Shown here: piece after piece, positions 7,919 to 17,272 of the stretch
Layout: each line of letters opens with the position of its first letter
Numbering within the stretch: the first letter of the stretch is position 1
Source: Edaphobacter aggregans
Lineage (GTDB): Bacteria > Acidobacteriota > Terriglobia > Terriglobales > Acidobacteriaceae
Assembly: GCF_003945235.1 (NCBI RefSeq)
Contig: NZ_RSDW01000001.1
Location: 1,410,001-1,442,000 of the forward strand
Reading direction: 5' to 3'
Length of the DNA stretch: 32,000 nucleotides
Translations under genes and position numbers: made by a program
Notes under the pieces: generated by a model
What the model saw: the letters and a program-made list of their open reading frames with translations, nothing else
The model's database searches: none
What the model was told of the DNA's origin: nothing

Positions 7919-10006
7919 CTAGGATTTCTGCGGGCGGGAGATGCCGAGCTTTTGCATTCGAAATTGGAGCGTTGGACGCTTCATTCCAAGTTTCGCAGCT
8001 GCTCCGTTTGGTCCGGCGAAGACCCAGTTCGTCTGTTCGAGAACTGACAGAATGTGTCTCCGTTCAATTTCTTCTAGGGTCGCGGCTCCGTTTGTGTGGC
8101 CGTTTGCGTCGGAAGCTTTCGATCTGAGCTCATCTGAGGACACCTTCAGTACAGGACCTTTTGAGAGGATCACTGCTCGCTCGATAACATTTTGCAATTC
8201 ACGAATGTTTCCCGGCCACGGGTAACGAGCCAGTGCGTTCATTGTCTCTGCGGAGATCGTGTCGATGTTCTTAGTCATATTGCGTGCAAAGTGCTGCGCA
8301 AAATGCCTCACAAGGAATGGAATATCCTCTTTCCTCTCTCTGAGAGGAGGGACACAGATTGGAAAAACATTTAACCGGTAAAACAGATCCGAGCGGAACT
8401 TCTGCTCCTCCACCATCGCACCAAGATCTCGATTTGTGGCCGCAATAAGTCGCGCATCCGTGCGAAGCGTGCGCGAACTCCCTAAGCGTTCAAACTCGCG
8501 TTCCTGTAGAACGCGCAGAAGCTTCGGCTGCAGCTCAAGAGGAATCTCACTGATTTCATCAAGAAAGATGGTTCCTTGAGAGGCCAACTCGAAACGCCCG
8601 ATTCTCTGCGCGATGGCTCCAGTAAATGCCCCTTTCTCGTGGCCAAACAACTCGCTCTCCAACAATCCAGTAGGAATTGCCGCGCAGTTCAGTTTGACAA
8701 AGGGAGATTTTCGCCGTCGGCTAAGGTTATGAACGGCACGAGCAATCAGTTCTTTTCCACTACCGGTCTCTCCTTGAATCAGGACGGTCGAATTTGTCGG
8801 AGCAACAGCTTCTACCTGGCGTAACACCTGGCGAAGCGCTGTGCTGTTCCCGATGATCTCCTCAAAGTTTAATTCGTTACGGATCTCATCTTCGAGATAG
8901 AGATTCTCCTGTTTGAGCTGGTCTGAGAGCTCGGTAATCCGGCGGTAGGCAAATGCATTGTCGATGGCAATCGCAACCTGTCCGGCTATTTGTGACAGAA
9001 ATTCAATATCTGGACTAGTAAAGGCATTCTTTTCCAGCCTCATCAAACAAAGTACGCCGAGGTTGCTATTGCATCGAATCAAAGGGAGCATGCAGATTGT
9101 CTCTACGCCATCTCCGGAAATGGCCCAGTCGGCAAAATCGGATCCGTTCAGCTCTTCAATGTCACCGACCCATGGTTTTCCAGTCCGAAAGACTTGCCCG
9201 GCGAGTGAACCGTCGAGCGGTTTTGACATGTCCTGATGCAAGACTCCTTTGCCATCTGGAAAATCGAGCGCATAAAGTTGAAGTTGTCTGTTCGCGGCAT
9301 CGGGCAAAATTAGCGCCACGCCGTCCAAACGCATGGTTTTGCGAATACCAGGAGAGACGGACCGGAGAACTTCTCGCAGCTCAAGGTTCGAGACAACACT
9401 GTTGTTTAGGTCGAGAATGAGCTGCAGCTTGTTACGCTCACTCTCTAACTGGTCTCGCACAACTTCTGAATGGGCAAAATTTAGGCGGTCGTCTATTGCC
9501 AGAGCAACGTAATCGGCAATTAAAGACAGAAGATCGATCTCGCTCTTGGGGAAGGCATCTCGAGACTCTCTTGCAAAACAAAGAACTCCAAGTCTACGGA
9601 GCGCAGTATTGAGTGGAAGCACACAGAGGGATTGGTCCCCACGTTTACGGAAGAACCGGACGACCTCATCGAGCTTAGGCTCCTCGTCAAGCGATGAAAC
9701 AACGAGAGGCAATTGCGTAGAGATGATCTGAGAGAGTTCATCTTGCCATGGTTCCATCGAGGATTCTTGACCGATTGCAAGCCCCTCTCCATCAACTACA
9801 TACCTTGAAAGAATACTTTCCTTCGAAAAAATCAAGGCAGCCGTATGGGAGACGACAAGATTGGAAAGTTCGAACGGCAAGGCACGCAACAACTGCTCGG
9901 GATCGGAATGTGAGCCCAGACTGCGGGCAAAGCACACAAGTTCCTTGATCTGTTCAGACCGCAAGCCGATGTCGGCTGAGGGAATGCGCTGGGAATGCGA
10001 CCTCAT
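7919..10006 (-). CDS. Sigma-54-dependent transcriptional activator (bEBP) with an N-terminal tandem GAF-like sensor region, an AAA+ core and a Fis-type HTH
   Basis: 695-aa ORF. It has Walker A GETGSGKE, the sigma-54 contact loop EKGAFTGA, the blocks [14 protein letters not shown] and [17 protein letters not shown], and the C-terminal [23 protein letters not shown]. About 380 N-terminal residues contain two GAF-like repeats (LCVLPL...LGVLCF and CMLPL...LGVLCL). No receiver domain is present. Confidence 0.92.
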   Translation of the reverse strand: MRSHSQRIPSADIGLRSEQIKELVCFARSLGSHSDPEQLLRALPFELSNLVVSHTAALIFSKESILSRYVVDGEGLAIGQESSMEPWQDELSQIISTQLPLVVSSLDEEPKLDEVVRFFRKRGDQSLCVLPLNTALRRLGVLCFARESRDAFPKSEIDLLSLIADYVALAIDDRLNFAHSEVVRDQLESERNKLQLILDLNNSVVSNLELREVLRSVSPGIRKTMRLDGVALILPDAANRQLQLYALDFPDGKGVLHQDMSKPLDGSLAGQVFRTGKPWVGDIEELNGSDFADWAISGDGVETICMLPLIRCNSNLGVLCLMRLEKNAFTSPDIEFLSQIAGQVAIAIDNAFAYRRITELSDQLKQENLYLEDEIRNELNFEEIIGNSTALRQVLRQVEAVAPTNSTVLIQGETGSGKELIARAVHNLSRRRKSPFVKLNCAAIPTGLLESELFGHEKGAFTGAIAQRIGRFELASQGTIFLDEISEIPLELQPKLLRVLQEREFERLGSSRTLRTDARLIAATNRDLGAMVEEQKFRSDLFYRLNVFPICVPPLRERKEDIPFLVRHFAQHFARNMTKNIDTISAETMNALARYPWPGNIRELQNVIERAVILSKGPVLKVSSDELRSKASDANGHTNGAATLEEIERRHILSVLEQTNWVFAGPNGAAAKLGMKRPTLQFRMQKLGISRPQKS

Positions 10007-10069
10007 ATTCGATTAAAACAATGTCCGTCCTCCACAGATGACTTATAGATGCTGAAGTGACCTGTCTGG

Positions 10070-10106
10070 CTGCCAAATGCTTGGCAGAGAGTCAGTGGGC
10101 TGGCAG
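10070..10106. promoter_or_regulatory. Candidate enhancer (UAS) palindrome upstream of the operon promoter
   Basis: CTGCCAAATGCTTGGCAG (10070-10087) is a perfect 7+7 inverted repeat with a 4-nt spacer. A further CTGGCAG lies at 10100-10106. The half-site is the same as at 7886-7910. The site is about 65 nt upstream of the -24 GG. Confidence 0.35.
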
Positions 10107-10141
10107 ATGAGGGACATATTTTGCGCGGGTGGCAACAAAGC

Positions 10142-10157
10142 AGGCACAAATCTTGCT
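10142..10157 (+). promoter_or_regulatory. Sigma-54 (-24/-12) promoter candidate for the radical-SAM operon
   Basis: AGGCACAAATCTTGCT against consensus TGGCACG-N4-TTGCW. GGCAC and TTGC are both intact with GG-N10-GC spacing. An AT-rich stretch follows. It lies 145 nt upstream of ATG 10301 and is divergent from the bEBP gene. Confidence 0.6.
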
Positions 10158-10300
10158 TTTATATGAGTAATTTATAAAACCTCTGAAGAACAGCATTTTG
10201 TGGCCAGCAAGTTGCAATATGGCTGCACTATCAGGACCGATAATTCGTCCTTGAGAATCGCGGAAATCAGTGTATTTCAACCTGTTCCAAGGGGGCCCGG

Positions 10301-11587
10301 ATGCATCTGGAGCAGCATACCGAACATCAGCCGAACTTTAGGCTTGACGTCCCGCTGCACGATTTACTCACCAAATCCACGGCAACCCAGCCGGGATTGC
10401 ACTCTAGCGGACCACCTCAAAAATTTCCCGACCCTGTTTTCCCGCAGCATCCCGAACTGATCGTGCCGATCGCTCCGACCGATGGGTGGGTTCCACCTGA
10501 AAAACGCACGTGGACCCCGGGGCAGATATATCACACGATGCAAGGCTGGCTGTTCCCTTACATTCGCTCCAGGGTCACAGCGGGAGATTTTCATCCACTT
10601 ATCGCGTATCTCTTCACTGAATTCAAGTGCAATCTCGATTGTCACTACTGCTGGGCCTTCGACAACAAAGTCAAAGGAATGACTGAGGATACGGCAAAGC
10701 GATCCATCGATTGGCTCCATGGCACAGGCTGCCGCGTTCTGGCCTATATGGGCGGTGAGCCCCTGCTGCGCCCGGATCTCATTCATCGAATTACCTACTA
10801 CGCCGCAAAGAAGAACTTCTGGATCTACCTGCCAACCAACGCGCGGCTATTGCATACCGATGTGATCGACAAGCTCGCTGATGCGGGAATCTCCACTTTC
10901 AACATTGCTGTTGATGCCGTCGATCTGAAGCCTGGTCTTCCCAAAGCGCTGGCGCCGATTCGTGAGCAGTTCGACTATCTGATCCGTAAGCAGTACGGGT
11001 ATGGCTTCTCGGTCTTCCTTAACATCAACATCTGCCGCAACAACTTGGATGATGTGCGACAGCTTACCGAGATAGCTCACGACAATGGAATCGCAACCGA
11101 CTATCACATCAACGAGTCTCCATTGCTCGAGCAGGATGAACACTTCAAACACGCGGACAACAATGTCACCTACATCACCAAGGATGACTGGCCAGCCGTA
11201 GAGGAGACTATTCAATGGCTGACCGAGAAGCAGGACTCCGGCTACAAAATGGTGAATTCGAACACTCGACTATGGCAGATGGTCGACTTTATGAAAGGCA
11301 ATCATTTCCCCTGGAACTGCCGAGCTGGACAAAACTCGATGATCATTCGTGTTGATGGAACGCTGGCCCCCTGTTTTCCGATGTACACGGCTAGCTATGA
11401 CTGGGGCGTAGTAGGGAGCCATAAATTCGACACGAAACAACTTGATCACCAAAAAGAAACTTGCCAAACTCACTGTTTTTCTACGCTCAATCACATACTC
11501 GGCTGGTGCTACAACGACCAGCGCGTTATTAAATATTTCTTCAAGCAGCTTGCACATGGTTTCCAGGGGATGAATGGGCAACTGTAA
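10301..11587 (+). CDS. Radical SAM enzyme with a C-terminal twitch/partial-SPASM Cys domain
   Basis: 428-aa ORF. The CX3CX2C motif CNLDCHYC falls at residues 110/114/117 (nt 10628-10651). GGEPLL is present. C340-x12-G-x4-C358 matches the first half of the SPASM/twitch signature, followed by C388-x3-C392-x10-C403. AAGGGGG lies 5 nt before ATG 10301. An alternative start is M80. Confidence 0.85.
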   Translation: MHLEQHTEHQPNFRLDVPLHDLLTKSTATQPGLHSSGPPQKFPDPVFPQHPELIVPIAPTDGWVPPEKRTWTPGQIYHTMQGWLFPYIRSRVTAGDFHPLIAYLFTEFKCNLDCHYCWAFDNKVKGMTEDTAKRSIDWLHGTGCRVLAYMGGEPLLRPDLIHRITYYAAKKNFWIYLPTNARLLHTDVIDKLADAGISTFNIAVDAVDLKPGLPKALAPIREQFDYLIRKQYGYGFSVFLNINICRNNLDDVRQLTEIAHDNGIATDYHINESPLLEQDEHFKHADNNVTYITKDDWPAVEETIQWLTEKQDSGYKMVNSNTRLWQMVDFMKGNHFPWNCRAGQNSMIIRVDGTLAPCFPMYTASYDWGVVGSHKFDTKQLDHQKETCQTHCFSTLNHILGWCYNDQRVIKYFFKQLAHGFQGMNGQL

Positions 11588-11646
11588 AGCCCCGCCATTT
11601 TGAATACTCAAGCCGATTAGACCCTAAAGCAATTAGGCATAAGGAG

Positions 11647-13440
11647 ATGCAAATGCCAGTAACCGAAGAGATCGTTCAGAAAGACTTCGAAGTAGAGATT
11701 CAGGCTCGTATCGACGCTGAGCGGGCGCGCCTTCGCGCTGAGGCTGGACTAGCCCGTATGCGTGAGTTCAAGAAGCCTGTTGAGCGGACGTTCACAGCGG
11801 CTGAGCGTGACTACGTGACGATTCTCTTTGGCGGTCTGACCTGGAAGCACGAAGAGATGATAAAGGCTGTCTTCCACGGCAGCGGCTACCGTTGCGAAAA
11901 CATTCCCACACCGATTGTGGATGACTTCCAGGCCGGAAAAGAGTTCGGAAACAATGGCCAGTGCAATCCGACCTACTTTACGGTTGGCAACCTGGTGCGC
12001 TACCTCCAGAAGCTAGAACAACAGGGTGAGACACGCCAGCAGATCATCGACAACTATGTCTTCTTCACCGCAGGATCCTGTGGACCGTGCCGTTTCGGCA
12101 TGTATGAAGCTGAATATCGCTTTGCGCTGAAAAACGCGGGCTTCGATGGCTTCCGAGTTTTGCTATTCCAGCAGACAGATGGCATCAAGGCTGCCAGCGG
12201 AGAACCGGGTCTGAAATTTTCTGTCGACTTCGGTATGGGCATGCTTAACGCACTCAATCTTGGCGATGTCATTAATGAGCTTGTATACCAGGTGCGTCCC
12301 TTCGAAGTTAATAAAGGCGAGACGGATCGCGTCATACAAGAGTCTGTAAAGACGTTGACCGATACGTTGCGAGACAGGAAGCGATGGCACATCATGGATG
12401 CGGCTCCTTCTTGGGCGAAGCCATATCTCGAGAAGCACGAGAAGCTCGAATCCATTGGCTGCACCCTTGGGAAGATCGGCAACAACCTATACGGCAAAGA
12501 ATACGTAGATGCGTTGCATGCTTGTCGCGACAGCATCAACTCAATTGAAGTCGACCGCTTCCGTGTGAAGCCGGTCATTAAAATCACCGGTGAGTTCTGG
12601 GCGCAAACGACTGAGGGTGACGGCAACTTCAATATGTTTGCCTTCCTCGAAAAAGAAGGGGCACAGGTGCTGGTCGAACCAATCGCGACATGGATCGCCT
12701 ACATGATGTTCGTTGCCAAAGAGGGCGCCAAAGCGCGAGCGGATGCTGAAGCTCCTTATCGCGACCCCAAGTGGTATGAAATTAAAAAACGCCTCACCAA
12801 TGATCTAAAGATATTTAAGAAGACCGGTGGCTTGAGCGCAGGTAGCGTTATGTGGACCTATTTCTATCACCGCACCATCAAGCATATGGGTGATACCGCG
12901 CATCACCTAATCCCACAGAAAGAACTGTCGCGGCTGGCGCATCCCTTCTACCATCAACTCGCTCGCGGTGGAGAGGGCTATATGGAAGTGGGTAAGAATG
13001 TCTATTACACCGTGAACCACCTCTGTCACATGGTGTTGGCACTGAAGCCGTTTGGTTGCATGCCATCGACACAATCAGACGGTGTCCAGTCGCGCGTCGT
13101 CAATAAGTTCAAGGACATGATCTTCCTGCCGATTGAGACTTCAGGAGAGGGTGAAGTGAACGCGCATAGCCGAGTTCAGATGGCGCTTGCAGAAGCAAAG
13201 GCGAAGGCGCGTGCTGAATTCGATGGAGTGCTACAGCAAACTGGGAGGTCCCTCGAGGAGTTGCGAGAGTATGTCGACGAGCATCCGCACCTTAAGCGCG
13301 CGCTTTATAAGGTTCCACACCGGCAGGGCATCGCTGGTACTGCGGCTCAATTCGCCTGGCATGTAAGCGATCTAATGAAAAAAGATAGCGCGTATCGTCG
13401 GAGGATTCGAACAGCTGTCCCTCTCCAGCGAGTTGCGTAA
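11647..13440 (+). CDS. BCR/HAD-superfamily 'activase-related' Fe-S subunit (PlsR-like / DUF2229-related)
   Basis: 597-aa ORF. Conserved-looking Cys motifs are NGQC(106)NPTYF, AGSC(145)GPC(148)RFGMYE and LKPFGCMPS. AAGGAG abuts ATG 11647, so ATG 11653 (6-nt spacing) may be the true start. The gene is translationally close to its neighbours. The family call is from motif memory, not from a search. Confidence 0.65.
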   Translation: MQMPVTEEIVQKDFEVEIQARIDAERARLRAEAGLARMREFKKPVERTFTAAERDYVTILFGGLTWKHEEMIKAVFHGSGYRCENIPTPIVDDFQAGKEFGNNGQCNPTYFTVGNLVRYLQKLEQQGETRQQIIDNYVFFTAGSCGPCRFGMYEAEYRFALKNAGFDGFRVLLFQQTDGIKAASGEPGLKFSVDFGMGMLNALNLGDVINELVYQVRPFEVNKGETDRVIQESVKTLTDTLRDRKRWHIMDAAPSWAKPYLEKHEKLESIGCTLGKIGNNLYGKEYVDALHACRDSINSIEVDRFRVKPVIKITGEFWAQTTEGDGNFNMFAFLEKEGAQVLVEPIATWIAYMMFVAKEGAKARADAEAPYRDPKWYEIKKRLTNDLKIFKKTGGLSAGSVMWTYFYHRTIKHMGDTAHHLIPQKELSRLAHPFYHQLARGGEGYMEVGKNVYYTVNHLCHMVLALKPFGCMPSTQSDGVQSRVVNKFKDMIFLPIETSGEGEVNAHSRVQMALAEAKAKARAEFDGVLQQTGRSLEELREYVDEHPHLKRALYKVPHRQGIAGTAAQFAWHVSDLMKKDSAYRRRIRTAVPLQRVA

Positions 13441-13484
13441 GGCGTCCAGCATTCTTCCAGCATCGAGGCTTCGTCATTGAGGAG

Positions 13485-16400
13485 ATGTCAATGCAACAAT
13501 TCCTGGCTGGTCTGGACGTGGGTTCTACGACCGTCAAAGCGATTGTGGTCGACGCAGCGACGGACAAGACCATATGGCAGGACTACCAGCGTCACGAGAC
13601 GCGTCAGCCAGAGAAGGTCCTTGAGTTCCTGCGCCGGATGGAAGAGGACACGGGAATTGCACCAGAAAACACGCGAATATTCGTCACAGGCTCGGGGGGC
13701 GGAACTATCGCAGAAATGATTGGTGCGAAGTTTGTCCAGGAGGTACATGCCGTCTCGCTCGCGGTCGAAAAACTTCATCCAGAGGTTTACTCCGTTATCG
13801 AACTAGGTGGACAGGATGCAAAGATCATCGTGTTCAAAGACGATGAAGAGACTGGTCGCAAGAAGAAGATCCCATCGATGAATGACAAGTGCGCCGGAGG
13901 CACTGGGGCCGTCATCGACAAGATCAATGCCAAGCTCAAGATTCCCGCTGCAGAGCTCGCAAATCAGGGATATCACAACGTCAAACTACACAAGGTTGCC
14001 GGCAAGTGCGGCGTCTTTGCCGAGACCGACATCAACGGACTACAGAAGACCGGCACACCGTCTGACGAGTTGATGGCCTCTCTCTTTGAAGCCATCGTGC
14101 TACAGAATCTCAGCGTACTGACACGCGGACATACCCTGCGGCCCCATGTTCTTCTCCTTGGCGGTCCGAACGGATTTATCCGTGGCATGCGCGAAGCATG
14201 GCAAGCCAACATTCCGCGTATGTGGAAGGAACGCAAGGTTGAAATTCCGGAAGGCACAAATCCGGAGGAGTTGATTAAGGTCCCCGAGAACGCGCAATAC
14301 TTCGCGGCACTGGGATCGGTCGAATTTGGCAAAGAGGAAGAGCCCGCAATAGGTCGTTACCTCGGCACCGAAAAGCTTATCTACTACATTGACTACGGAC
14401 GCGCAGAAGAAAAGGCAACCTCTGGTGGCAAAGGTTTGGTTGCGGAAGACGCTGAGCTAGTCGCCTTCAAGTCGGCTTACGCGAAGAAGAAATTTAACGT
14501 CGCAGAGTTTTATCCGGGGCAAACGATCACTGGTTTCATCGGAATTGACGCAGGATCGACTTCGACCAAGGCTGTTGTACTCGACAAAGAAGGCGAGATT
14601 CTGTGCAAGACCTACCAGCTTTCGAACGGCAATCCGATTCAGGATACGATCGAAGTTTTTGAGAAGCTTCGAGCGCAGATCGAGACGAAAGGCGCGACGC
14701 TCGAAGTACTCGGTGTCGCCACTACCGGTTATGCCAAAGACATTCTCAAGGATGTTCTGAACGCCGACGTTGCTCTTGTGGAGACAGTCGCACACACGGA
14801 GTCGGCGCTAAAGTTCTACGACGATCCCCATGTCATCGTGGACGTTGGCGGCCAGGACATCAAACTCATCGTTCTGAAAGATGGCCGTGTAAAGGACTTC
14901 AAGCTGAACACACAATGCTCCGCCGGGAACGGATACTTCTTGCAATCGACTGCTGAGGGCTTCGGCATAAAGGTCGACGAGTTTGCCGACATTGCCTTCG
15001 CCGCCAAATCTATGCCATCGTTCGGCTATGGATGCGCCGTGTTCATGCAATCCGACATCGTCAACTTCCAGCGGCAAGGTTGGCGATCAGAAGAGATACT
15101 CGCAGGTCTCGCCGATGTTCTTCCTAAGAATGTCTTCCTCTACGTCGCGAGCATTCCTAATCTCGCAGCTCTGGGCACACGTTTTGTCCTCCAGGGTGGC
15201 ACACAGAATAATCTTGCTGTAGTCAAAGCGGAGGTGGACTTCATTAAATCCAGCTTCCGCGCGAACGGAAGAGAGCCGGAGATTATCGTTCACGAGCACT
15301 GCGGCGAGTCCGGCGCAATCGGCGCCGCGCAGGAGGCCCTCCGACTCTGGCGCAATGGTCGTCAGACAACGTTTATTGGTCTTGAAGCCGTTGCAAACAT
15401 CCGTTATCACACAACACGCAATGAAGATACCCGCTGCTACTTTTGCAAGAACAATTGCCTGCGCACCTTTATCGACGTCGATGTTACGGGTGAAAAGAGC
15501 CACGAGCACAAGCACTCCCATGCTGTCGCAGAAGACCGCGCGGCCACGGTGGAAGAGATAGCAGAAGTCGTATCTACCCTGCCGTCACTTGAGCAGATCC
15601 AGGCAAATCTTCCGCCAGTTGAATCGCATGGTTCTTGCAGCAGTGGTGGGCACAGTTCTCCCTCAGTGTTCAAAGCTAAGGTAGAACCGCTAGTCCAAAT
15701 TCAATTGACTCCCGGATCGAACAAGGTCGTCGAGCTGCCGAAACCAACAGAGTTTCAGCCACGCAAGACCAAGGTTCCCTTGAAAGTAGGAGAACAACGG
15801 CTCATTATCGCCACGTGCGAAAAGGGTGCCGTGGAAGATCTCGACGAGATGAAGGGCATCAAGGCCGATATCGACAAAATCAAAGCCATCAATCCGAACT
15901 ACGTTGATATCGCTGCGCGCGATGTCTTCCGCCATCGTGAGGTAGAGATCGTCTCCGACTCCATCCCATCTACCAAGGGGTTGTTCTTTTCGAAGACAAC
16001 AAAGGAACGTGCCGCTCTCATGGAGCAGCGCAAGGAATACCGCGTAGGAATTCCGCGCCTCCTGAACACGTACACTTACGGGCCGTTCTTCAATGCGTAC
16101 TTCGCCAGCCTCGGGCTAAAGTCTGAAAATATCATCTACTCCGATTACACGACGCCCGAACTTTATCGTGCAGGTGCAAGCCGCGGAGCGATCGACCCCT
16201 GCTATCCCTCAAAAATCGGCATCGCGCACGTCTACAATCTCCTCGCCACCAAACACACAAAGAAGCCGCTCCATGCGATCTGGTTCCCGATGTATGACGT
16301 ATTGCATACGCATCTCGTAAACCTGACTGGATCGAATGCATGCCCCACAGTCACGGCAACCCCAGAGACGGTCAAAGCTGCCTTCACCAAGGAAAGCGAC

Positions 16401-17195
16401 ATCTTCTCCGAAAACGGCATCGTGTACATGGATCCAATCTTGAATCTCCAAGATGAGAGGATATGTGCTGATCAGATGTTTAGGGCCTGGAGCCCTGTAT
16501 TAGGTCTAAGCCGCGAAGAAAATGAACGTGCAGTCGCCGTTGGATTCAAGTCCTTACATGAATGCGAAGTTGAAATTCGCCGGCAGGCGCGTGAGACCCT
16601 CGATCAACTCGAACGCGAAGACCGCATTGGCATTGTGATGCTGGGCCGCGTCTATCATCACGACCCCGGTCTCAACCACGAGATCATGGAAGAGTTTCAG
16701 AAACTAGGGTATCCAGTCTTTTCCCAAAGCACGTTGCCCCTGGACGAAGATTTGCTTGACCGACTATTTGGGGAGGAGGTTCGCGCTGGACTGATCACCC
16801 ACCCACTGGACATCAGCGATGTGTGGAAGAATCGTTACTCCACCAGCACCAACCATAAGGTATGGGCTGCGAAATTTACGGCGCGCCACCCCAACCTGGT
16901 TGCTCTCGAGGTTTCCAGCTTCAAGTGCGGCCACGATGCTCCTATCTATGGAGTCATCGAAGGCATCATCGAACAATCAGGCACGCCCTATTTCTCATTT
17001 AAGGATCTTGACGAAAACAAGCCCTCAGGCTCCATCCGAATTCGTGTCGAGACGATCGATTATTTCCTGCGCCGTTATCGCGAAGACATCATCAAACGGC
17101 GAAGCCTCGAAACCGATATCGAAACACAATTAGCTGTTTTCGAACAGTCACTTCGCAGTAAACCACGAGGTGAGTTGGCAATGGCAGGTGATTAG
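13485..17195 (+). CDS. Fusion protein: two BcrAD/BadFG-type activase ATPase domains, a Cys motif and a DUF2229-type module (PlsA-like / acyl-CoA dehydratase activase-related)
   Basis: 1236-aa ORF. Two ASKHA-ATPase starts are present: GLDVGSTTVKAIVVD near the N-terminus and GIDAGSTSTKAVVLD near nt 14540. Each is followed by ELGGQD/DVGGQD and by CAGGTG/CSAGNG. Then come C651-x2-C654-x3-C658 (nt 15435-15458) and C778 (ATCEKG). The C-terminal part reads YRVGIPRLLNTYTYGPFFNAYFASLGL...DPCYPSKI...FKCGHDAPIY. GAGGAG Shine-Dalgarno is present. Confidence 0.85.
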   Translation: MSMQQFLAGLDVGSTTVKAIVVDAATDKTIWQDYQRHETRQPEKVLEFLRRMEEDTGIAPENTRIFVTGSGGGTIAEMIGAKFVQEVHAVSLAVEKLHPEVYSVIELGGQDAKIIVFKDDEETGRKKKIPSMNDKCAGGTGAVIDKINAKLKIPAAELANQGYHNVKLHKVAGKCGVFAETDINGLQKTGTPSDELMASLFEAIVLQNLSVLTRGHTLRPHVLLLGGPNGFIRGMREAWQANIPRMWKERKVEIPEGTNPEELIKVPENAQYFAALGSVEFGKEEEPAIGRYLGTEKLIYYIDYGRAEEKATSGGKGLVAEDAELVAFKSAYAKKKFNVAEFYPGQTITGFIGIDAGSTSTKAVVLDKEGEILCKTYQLSNGNPIQDTIEVFEKLRAQIETKGATLEVLGVATTGYAKDILKDVLNADVALVETVAHTESALKFYDDPHVIVDVGGQDIKLIVLKDGRVKDFKLNTQCSAGNGYFLQSTAEGFGIKVDEFADIAFAAKSMPSFGYGCAVFMQSDIVNFQRQGWRSEEILAGLADVLPKNVFLYVASIPNLAALGTRFVLQGGTQNNLAVVKAEVDFIKSSFRANGREPEIIVHEHCGESGAIGAAQEALRLWRNGRQTTFIGLEAVANIRYHTTRNEDTRCYFCKNNCLRTFIDVDVTGEKSHEHKHSHAVAEDRAATVEEIAEVVSTLPSLEQIQANLPPVESHGSCSSGGHSSPSVFKAKVEPLVQIQLTPGSNKVVELPKPTEFQPRKTKVPLKVGEQRLIIATCEKGAVEDLDEMKGIKADIDKIKAINPNYVDIAARDVFRHREVEIVSDSIPSTKGLFFSKTTKERAALMEQRKEYRVGIPRLLNTYTYGPFFNAYFASLGLKSENIIYSDYTTPELYRAGASRGAIDPCYPSKIGIAHVYNLLATKHTKKPLHAIWFPMYDVLHTHLVNLTGSNACPTVTATPETVKAAFTKESDIFSENGIVYMDPILNLQDERICADQMFRAWSPVLGLSREENERAVAVGFKSLHECEVEIRRQARETLDQLEREDRIGIVMLGRVYHHDPGLNHEIMEEFQKLGYPVFSQSTLPLDEDLLDRLFGEEVRAGLITHPLDISDVWKNRYSTSTNHKVWAAKFTARHPNLVALEVSSFKCGHDAPIYGVIEGIIEQSGTPYFSFKDLDENKPSGSIRIRVETIDYFLRRYREDIIKRRSLETDIETQLAVFEQSLRSKPRGELAMAGD

Positions 17196-17272
17196 CATTG
17201 AGATTGACCTGAAATCCACTGTGTAACCCTAAGCAAAGATGTGTCGCAGATCTGCGGAGTCCCAACTCGTTC

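Noticed and set aside
10219-10254. An 11-codon upstream ORF (MAALSGPIIRP*) sits in the 5' leader of the radical-SAM operon.
   Set aside because: It has no RBS and is too short to distinguish from chance. It is noted only in case leader-peptide control is later suspected.
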